Position numbers and translations under genes: made by a program
Part shown: in pieces, positions 58,301 through 64,000 of the stretch
How positions within the stretch are numbered: the first letter of the stretch is position 1
Layout of the letters: each line of letters opens with the position of its first letter
IMG/VR virus record: IMGVR_UViG_3300047157_000197
Coordinates: 1 to 64,000 of that record
DNA: 64,000 nt
Strand: one strand, 5' to 3'
Notes under the pieces: generated by a model
Told to the model about the DNA's origin: nothing
Databases searched by the model: none
What the model saw: only the letters and a program-made list of their open reading frames with translations

Positions 58301-60499
58301 GCATTATCTATTTATGGAATTCCAAATTCTATGTTAACTATAATGGAGTTTGGTGGACCAAAAGATACTACTACATCAAAATTAGTTAAATATACATATG
58401 ATGATAGCACATCTGCATTAAATATTAATGGTTCTAAAAAATTAACACTTCCTTGGAAAGTTTATAATGGCTCATATCCAAGTGCAGTTGAAATGAGAGT
58501 AGAAACTAATACTAAACAAAATCAAACTATACTTTCAAGTAGTGGTTGGAGTTTAGATTTAAATTATACATCAGGTTCAAATGCTAATTTACAATTAAAC
58601 GTATTATCTGGTTCAACTAATTATTCTGCATCAACAGAAGATTTTCCTTACTTTAACCAAGATTATACACAACTAGTTGTAAATAGAATAACTGGTTCAA
58701 CTACAACATTTGAAGTTCATGCAAAAGAAGGATTCCAAGAAAGAATTAGAAACGCAGTAAGTGCATCAGTAACAGTTGGAAATTCAAATGATTGGAATAG
58801 TGGAAGTGAATTGATTGTAGGTGGAGATAGTTCAGATTTTACTGGTTCAATAGATGAAATTAGATTATGGACAACTCCATTATCAGAATCACGAATTGAA
58901 AACCATGCATTAAATGGTGATGCAATTGATGGTAATCATATATCTTCTTCAACTGAAGATTTATTATTAAGAATTGATTTTGAACATCCAAGAAACTTAA
59001 ATTCAACTAGTGATAATTGGAGAAACACAATTGTTTCGGCATCTATGGTTTCAGATGGATTAACTTCGGTATCGGGTTCAATAGAAAATATTTCTCCTAA
59101 TACAAGTTATGCAAACTTTATAACTGCATCTAATTTTCCATCGGCATCATATCCACATGGGTTTACATTTTACAATAGAAAAAATACTTCAAATGTACCA
59201 AGTGTTGGAATAGCAGTTGGAGATAAAGTTAGATTTGAAGAACAATCATTAACATCAAATTTATCTTATAGAAGTAGAGCAACAAAAAAATCATACGATA
59301 CTTCACCATTAGATTCAGATAAATTAGGATTATTTTTCTCACCAGCAAAAGAATTAAATCTTGATATTGTAAAAACAATAGGTGATTTTAATATAGATGA
59401 TTTGATTGGAGACCCAAGTGATTACTACCAAGATAGTTATTCATCATTAGATTCTTTTAGAAAGTATTATTTTAATCGATATAACGTAGATTTCCACGAG
59501 TATATCCAATTAGTAAGGTATATTGATAAATCATTATTTAGTCTCTTAGAATCCCTTGTTCCTGCAAGAGCTAAGGTTACTACTGGTTTATTAATTGAAC
59601 CACATATGTTGGAGAGAAGTAAAATTAAAAGAGTTAAACCAACTGCAGAAAATAATAAAATTGAAGCTTCTATTAATATTCAAGATAATGTAGTTATAGA
59701 ATCATCAAAAGACAATTATTTAGTTGAACTTAATTTAATAGAACAATCAACAATATCTGGTTCTACAAATTTCTATGATGTTGAAATACAAGAAGTAATA
59801 AATAGTAATCTTGTAGGAACAAAAGATAATTATGAAAGTATAATATCTGCATCTAATACTATAACTCCAAGTGGAACCATTACACGAAATTCTGGTTCTG
59901 ATATGGGAGGATTTGATATTTCGGTCAATGCTAGGTTTACTCAAGCAATTCAAGGTGAATACGATTCAACTGCATATCAACAAATAGGAATGGAACCTGA
60001 TTCATTAACAGTTGGTGGTTTTGGATTATATGGTAGTGGTTCAAATGCAATTATTACAAAATTAGATAAAAACAATAACTTTGTTAGAGAACGAAATAAA
60101 GTATTTTTATTAAAAGAGGCATATACGATTAATATTCCGAAGAATATAAGTTCGCTTGATTCTTCACTAGGAACAGAAATAGAATCAGTAACCGAATATA
60201 GACATAAATTAACTATTTTACCATTTACTGGTTCTGATGGAAACGAATCAATAGACCCAATTGTAACTGGTAGTATTGTAGAAGTAACACCTTTAAATGG
60301 TGCATTCCCAACACATTACAAAAATACAGGAGATTTAACAAGTGGTATGGAAAATTCATTTTTTAATGGTTCAAAACAAACAAGTGCAACTACTTTAGAT
60401 GGTAGTTCACCAGTTCAATCATTTACTACTAATCCAAATACTCTTAGAGTTAATGAGAGTGGTAGAGGTTCAGGTGAACCAATATTAGAAGTAGAATAA
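55310..60499 (+). CDS. Large baseplate wedge-like protein (1729 aa) with LamG-like domain
   Basis: DMIGQHFD, NNLPYLYKHKGTKRAI...EFGG (phage-tail-P2/gp7-like), FTGSIDEIRLW. Confidence 0.65.
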   Translation: MPHNNREHIKPTQRGKRKGQIITDGEKVNGQVVYGTWEWNGSRWIDITTDSDVFSRDEDVDKSSDNPSSSKNGVDIFDSKLTDGDSNTKGSDLDTEDSDLKPDGENPLSLAPSIEITVKATKPSAIFIDGEDTLLQTSHTFNYTAKELLTPKIFTVKASESFISTDVYKVSAVQKEFGKGVEDLDLENKKGLVKFSYYEFIILKNNKIFTEFTLDYDTLLENRAATLDFSIDTDGTVITPEPEKTLVVITSNVSSNDIIRYQTAPDNQTDFLLAEDEIELEVTSNVKDLDKFIQFYGVGIDDTTHTVEYTINTPNNRGGQTVTNIDSGKVLLQAGTTNITVDAIKIPRTDTPGIPLLNISSNQLVYNINGEELLQIPYRTTNADLVEYSIGSIKRQIGSSGSITLDTKDFTNGVGTYTLYAQARSSNGGSDVKKIIIVVESREYIPGPDITHINYPQNIKGADFKQFNVPFNVSWQSINTDYIRIYSGKYDVEAENNYYLGQFSESGVATFTVEDVLRNARREFSEDDNILQFKLLLVPFNSQGDKLTAGKIEEINITFDKGDLDLRRGDVIGDIRKAFEYCFDYSDFDEPTSPFLTHYLHLGDGDNKLISTYGIDDETFSEYEFVNDTNQRKKIKENKSIVLKLYEPLENKIDVNDKIWISKIQSIPLIDQITLLDDVTSDCIPLTPNLSLELNDDIGYQIYDDLVASGSTSSEAIIQEFVSGSGFSLDTLELEYTSGSTYQWENFVKYSSAKERVANFYYKIKLLESHRSKHELLSNATGSAGSVASKNEQKRILGKISEIKQNFDAFEKHLYTVNGSLQYPKNGSVVGDIKLTDTGSIVNPSDTAAVNWYNSIYTDAALYDRNSTERLVNNLPSHIQEDDKGQEFILFFDMIGQHFDILYHYIKRLSKSKKTENKFENGIINDLMYEMLSSLGWDADLGLSSETLWEYAFGEHSDGTEISSMSGKSRQEETWRRILNNLPYLYKHKGTKRAIHAALSIYGIPNSMLTIMEFGGPKDTTTSKLVKYTYDDSTSALNINGSKKLTLPWKVYNGSYPSAVEMRVETNTKQNQTILSSSGWSLDLNYTSGSNANLQLNVLSGSTNYSASTEDFPYFNQDYTQLVVNRITGSTTTFEVHAKEGFQERIRNAVSASVTVGNSNDWNSGSELIVGGDSSDFTGSIDEIRLWTTPLSESRIENHALNGDAIDGNHISSSTEDLLLRIDFEHPRNLNSTSDNWRNTIVSASMVSDGLTSVSGSIENISPNTSYANFITASNFPSASYPHGFTFYNRKNTSNVPSVGIAVGDKVRFEEQSLTSNLSYRSRATKKSYDTSPLDSDKLGLFFSPAKELNLDIVKTIGDFNIDDLIGDPSDYYQDSYSSLDSFRKYYFNRYNVDFHEYIQLVRYIDKSLFSLLESLVPARAKVTTGLLIEPHMLERSKIKRVKPTAENNKIEASINIQDNVVIESSKDNYLVELNLIEQSTISGSTNFYDVEIQEVINSNLVGTKDNYESIISASNTITPSGTITRNSGSDMGGFDISVNARFTQAIQGEYDSTAYQQIGMEPDSLTVGGFGLYGSGSNAIITKLDKNNNFVRERNKVFLLKEAYTINIPKNISSLDSSLGTEIESVTEYRHKLTILPFTGSDGNESIDPIVTGSIVEVTPLNGAFPTHYKNTGDLTSGMENSFFNGSKQTSATTLDGSSPVQSFTTNPNTLRVNESGRGSGEPILEVE

Positions 60500-60542
60500 T
60501 ATTTATATTAAAAGAAAAAATTACTAAAATCAAAAATCATTA

Positions 60543-60550
60543 TATTTATA
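60543..60550 (+). promoter_or_regulatory. Putative late promoter TATTTATA
   Basis: Before ATG 60578; second copy at 60500-60507. Confidence 0.5.
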
Positions 60551-60577
60551 TATTGAAACATAATAGGAAAAAACACT

Positions 60578-61204
60578 ATGGCATATTTAGATAATACAGA
60601 AATTACAGTAGATGCAATTCTTACCAAAAAGGGTAGAGAAAAACTTGCATCTGGAGAAGGTCTTAATATCACCAAGTTCGCATTGGGTGATGATGAGATT
60701 GACTACACATTATATGAACCGGCACATCCAAAGGGTAGTGCATATTATGATGCTGCAATTAAAGCAATTCCAATTACAGAGGCATCACCAGATGAAACAC
60801 AAACTTTAAGATATAAGTTAGTTACTCTTCCAAAGGGTACTACAAAAATTCCAAAAGTAGAATTTGGTATTCCATCTATTTCTGTAAATCAAAATAGTGG
60901 TCAAGTATCCCTTACACCAACAACTTCACCAAGTGGTAATAAGCAAGGTGGATATACAATAGTGTTATCTAATAAAAACGCAGGTAGTATTGTTGGAAGT
61001 GGATTATCAGGAGGAGCTAGTTCAGTTCCTACTTTCTTAGGAGACGAAATAACTGCAACTGCAGCAATAGAAACAGGAGCAAAATTTACATTTATACCTA
61101 ATCCAAACGTAACTGCTACAATTGCAACAACAATTACAGTATATGGTAACGAAACAGGTGGTTCACAAACTATTCCTGTAACAGTAACATATGTATCAAG
61201 ATAA
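60578..61204 (+). CDS. Virion structural protein (tail/baseplate)
   Basis: VDAILTKKGREKLA...ITKFALGDDEIDY motif. Confidence 0.65.
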   Translation: MAYLDNTEITVDAILTKKGREKLASGEGLNITKFALGDDEIDYTLYEPAHPKGSAYYDAAIKAIPITEASPDETQTLRYKLVTLPKGTTKIPKVEFGIPSISVNQNSGQVSLTPTTSPSGNKQGGYTIVLSNKNAGSIVGSGLSGGASSVPTFLGDEITATAAIETGAKFTFIPNPNVTATIATTITVYGNETGGSQTIPVTVTYVSR

Positions 61205-61224
61205 AATAACAAGGAAAAAATAAA

Positions 61225-62451
61225 ATGGCACAAATACAAGGACAAGCGGGAGTAAATTTAACACAAGAGTTGGCTAACTATTTACAAGCCAGTAGTGGTA
61301 ATTTAACCTCAGAACAATTAATAAAAATAACCAACCAATATTTAAGTGGAGGTGATAAGTTAGGTGCAACTGGTGGTTCAATCTCAAATGGTATCTATAA
61401 AAGATTCGGAGAGTTTGACCAAGTAAATGGAAAAGTACAAGTTGTAACTACTGGTCTTTGGAGTGGAGATACTGGAAGTTTATCTTCTTTCTTTACATCT
61501 TCAACACAAGAAGTAGCAGCAAGTTCAAACTATTATTTAAATGCTTATGACTCATCAGCCATTTCAGATGTACAATTCGCAGTTGCTTATGGACATAAAT
61601 TTGGTAGTGGTTCTATATCACTTGCAAATGATGATTCTTCAACATTGGCAACTAAAGCAACTTATTCACAATATAAATCAATTCTTTTAGAACAAGGAGA
61701 TGATAAATTTGAAGTACCAAACAGTTCAGGTTCACTTCATAGTATAGATGATATTTATGTTATTAATTTATCAAGAGCAAGATATAAAGAAAAAATGGAT
61801 GCAGGAAACTGGTCATTAAGTTTAAGTGGTTCTAATGGAATCTCTACATTAATTGATGATAGTGGAAAGAAATTCTCAGATACAGTTGGAAAAGCGGGTA
61901 GAGTATTTGATGTAGTAAGTGGTTCACTTAATCTAGGTTCAGAAAATGAAGCAACAATAGTAGCAAAATATTCAAGTGGTTCACAAGCACAAGGACAAGG
62001 GTTTGGTAAATTTTATCCAGACCAAGGAATTATAATTCTTAATCCATCTGCAGTTGAATCATCAATTGGTTCATCAATAGATAAAGATTCTAGTGATGGT
62101 GGTGTATTAGGATATGGAATTTCTGCAGAAGCAAAAAATCATTTCTTATTATACAATGCAATTAAAGGTGGTGGAGATTTTGAAGCAAGAAGAACAGAAA
62201 ACGTTTCTACTTCACATTACTTTATAAGAGCAACAAATAGAGAATTTAACTTTTCTAATAATCCATCATTTGTAACTGGTTCAGATAATTCATTTGTTGA
62301 ATCATCTTTTGAAAAAGACCCAAAAACATTTATTACAACTATTGGATTATATAGTGATTCTAATGAAATGTTAGCAGTGGCTAAAACATCTCAACCAATT
62401 GCTAAATCGTTTGATAAAGAAGTATTAATCAAAGTAAAACTTGATTTTTAA
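61225..62451 (+). CDS. Virion structural protein
   Basis: FNFSNNPSF...ITTIGLY...LAVAKTSQPI C-terminal motif. Confidence 0.65.
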   Translation: MAQIQGQAGVNLTQELANYLQASSGNLTSEQLIKITNQYLSGGDKLGATGGSISNGIYKRFGEFDQVNGKVQVVTTGLWSGDTGSLSSFFTSSTQEVAASSNYYLNAYDSSAISDVQFAVAYGHKFGSGSISLANDDSSTLATKATYSQYKSILLEQGDDKFEVPNSSGSLHSIDDIYVINLSRARYKEKMDAGNWSLSLSGSNGISTLIDDSGKKFSDTVGKAGRVFDVVSGSLNLGSENEATIVAKYSSGSQAQGQGFGKFYPDQGIIILNPSAVESSIGSSIDKDSSDGGVLGYGISAEAKNHFLLYNAIKGGGDFEARRTENVSTSHYFIRATNREFNFSNNPSFVTGSDNSFVESSFEKDPKTFITTIGLYSDSNEMLAVAKTSQPIAKSFDKEVLIKVKLDF

Positions 62452-62526
62452 TAAATAACACAGAACGTTTGAGGTTGCAAACTTGAATGTTCACGAAAAA
62501 ATTTAAAGAATGATATCATTTTTTAT

Positions 62527-62551
62527 ACCCCACCACAAAGTGGGGTTTTTT
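62527..62551 (+). terminator. Rho-independent terminator
   Basis: ACCCCAC/GTGGGGT stem with T run. Confidence 0.75.
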
Positions 62552-62560
62552 GTTTCCATA

Positions 62561-62568
62561 TATTTATA
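62561..62568 (+). promoter_or_regulatory. Putative late promoter TATTTATA
   Basis: Directly after a terminator, before ATG 62587. Confidence 0.55.
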
Positions 62569-62586
62569 TAGAGGAGTAACAATATT

Positions 62587-63726
62587 ATGTTAAAAACAAT
62601 TCCAAAATCAAATATAAACCAAAGAACTTTTAAAGTTCACAAAAAGTTTGTACAAACTGAGGCTACTAACCCAATATATGTTGGGGAGTTAGCAAGTGAT
62701 GGTGCGTTTGAATCTTCTTCTGCAGCCACTACAAATGGAATATCTAATCATTCTTTATATGCATCAATAAAACATAAGTATTATAGAAATGATGGTAATA
62801 TTTTTAATACATTTGGTAAATACAATAATTTAGGTTTAATTTCATTTGAAAGACAACTTGAAAATAAAATAAGAGTTATCTCAATTCCACAATCTAAGAG
62901 AGGTTTGGGAATCAAACCAGGTAGTATTGAATTATTAGATACTAATACGGATATAATATATAGAGATACTGCAGATGGTACGATTTCATCAGATACACCA
63001 CAATATACTATAACTGATTTAGATTTTGGTACGGGAGACATAACAATATTAGATTCCGATAACGAAACCTTTACAGGTACTATTACCTCATTGGATTTAG
63101 AATCGGGTATATCAACAATGACATTTGATGGAGATACTAATATAGTAGATATTGTTTTAATAGATTTAGAAAATGGTATTTTAAAAACAGCAGCACCTTT
63201 AGAGTTTGAGGGATTAGAAATTGATGAACCAAGATTCGGTAATATATTTTACTCAGATGGTTTAATCGTTTTAGGAGATTCTACAAACATTGTTTCATAC
63301 AATTTAGAATATCGTTCAACAGAAACTATAACAGAACAAGAAGTTTTAATTACGGCTAAAGCAGGTGAATTCAATTATTCACAAAACCCATCGGCGGTAG
63401 AAGTTCAAGTTAGTGGTTCTTATGATTTTGTAACAACTGCAATACCAAATGTTTCTCCTGCAAGAACAAGAAAAATAACAGAATACAATGATATTAAACG
63501 AAGAGAATTTTATTCTGGTTCGATTAATCACTCAATAAGTGGTAGTTGGAATGACTATCATGAATCATCATCGATTGATAAAATAGGTTCATATTTATCA
63601 ACATACATAAGTACAATAGGATTATATGATACAGATGGTGATATGATTGCAGTAGCAAAATTACCAAAACCAATAAAAAATCTACCTAATTATGATGTAA
63701 ACTTTATAGTTAGATTTGACGTATAA
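62587..63726 (+). CDS. Virion structural protein, paralogous C-terminus to 61225-62451
   Basis: FNYSQNPS...YISTIGLY...IAVAKLPKPI. Confidence 0.65.
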   Translation: MLKTIPKSNINQRTFKVHKKFVQTEATNPIYVGELASDGAFESSSAATTNGISNHSLYASIKHKYYRNDGNIFNTFGKYNNLGLISFERQLENKIRVISIPQSKRGLGIKPGSIELLDTNTDIIYRDTADGTISSDTPQYTITDLDFGTGDITILDSDNETFTGTITSLDLESGISTMTFDGDTNIVDIVLIDLENGILKTAAPLEFEGLEIDEPRFGNIFYSDGLIVLGDSTNIVSYNLEYRSTETITEQEVLITAKAGEFNYSQNPSAVEVQVSGSYDFVTTAIPNVSPARTRKITEYNDIKRREFYSGSINHSISGSWNDYHESSSIDKIGSYLSTYISTIGLYDTDGDMIAVAKLPKPIKNLPNYDVNFIVRFDV

Positions 63727-63739
63727 TTAAAAAAAGTTA

Positions 63740-63747
63740 TATTTATA
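63740..63747 (+). promoter_or_regulatory. Putative late promoter TATTTATA
   Basis: Before ATG 63767. Confidence 0.5.
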
Positions 63748-63766
63748 TAAAATAGGAGAAAACATT

Positions 63767-63982
63767 ATGGCATATCAAATTTTAAACATTGATAAAACAG
63801 TACAAGAGGATAATTTAGAATTATCAGAAGAGCAATTACAAGCATACCGCGATTCTGCAGAATTAAATTATTACATTTACGACAGTTATGAAGGAGAGAG
63901 TGACATCTTTTCCGTACTTTTAGAAGAAAAAGGTGAAGAAGGTTGTGCAGATATACGAATCATTAAATTAATAGAAGAATAA
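63767..63982 (+). CDS. Acidic hypothetical protein
   Basis: 71 aa ORF with GGAG upstream. Confidence 0.6.
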   Translation: MAYQILNIDKTVQEDNLELSEEQLQAYRDSAELNYYIYDSYEGESDIFSVLLEEKGEEGCADIRIIKLIEE

Positions 63983-64000
63983 AATTATGGCAGCAATATA

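Noticed and set aside
62463-62492. Long G-U-rich hairpin between two structural genes
   Set aside because: A single hairpin with many wobble pairs and no further support; possibly a processing site but not distinguishable from chance

Overview
A 64 kb, very AT-rich segment of a large lytic myovirus-like phage (T4-like baseplate genes, gp55-like sigma factor) that most likely infects a Bacteroidota (Flavobacteriia-type) host. Host evidence: 13 copies of a Bacteroidota-style -33/-7 promoter with fixed geometry, Flavobacterium-like tRNAs, and Bacteroidota-type signal peptides and lipoboxes. Every credible gene is on the + strand and the standard genetic code fits. Layout: (i) 1-5.2 kb, a repeat-rich non-coding region, a ~365 nt highly structured candidate ncRNA and many small early-type ORFs, including a four-member paralog family; (ii) 5.2-15 kb, tailoring or modification enzymes (SGNH-like, sulfotransferase-like, 2OG-Fe(II), glycosyltransferase-like, B12-binding radical SAM); (iii) 15-44.5 kb, four tRNAs plus auxiliary, nucleotide, repair and translation genes (dCMP deaminase, PhoH, 5'-nucleotidase, HD protein, Hsp20, UvsE, helicase, ThyA, MetK, peptide deformylase, carbamoyltransferase) and a protein with three tandem Hint domains; (iv) 45-64 kb, a late baseplate/tail module. 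Best leads for new biology: the structured ncRNA (1487-1850); the triple-Hint protein; an ArfA-like mini-gene next to a gene whose stop codon lies inside tRNA-Glu; a TGAC-N5-GTCA operator shared by the non-coding region and Hsp20; and strong enrichment of [ST][GA]S tripeptides in virion proteins alongside late-type modification enzymes. All calls come from motif recognition by eye; no database searches or folding programs were run.
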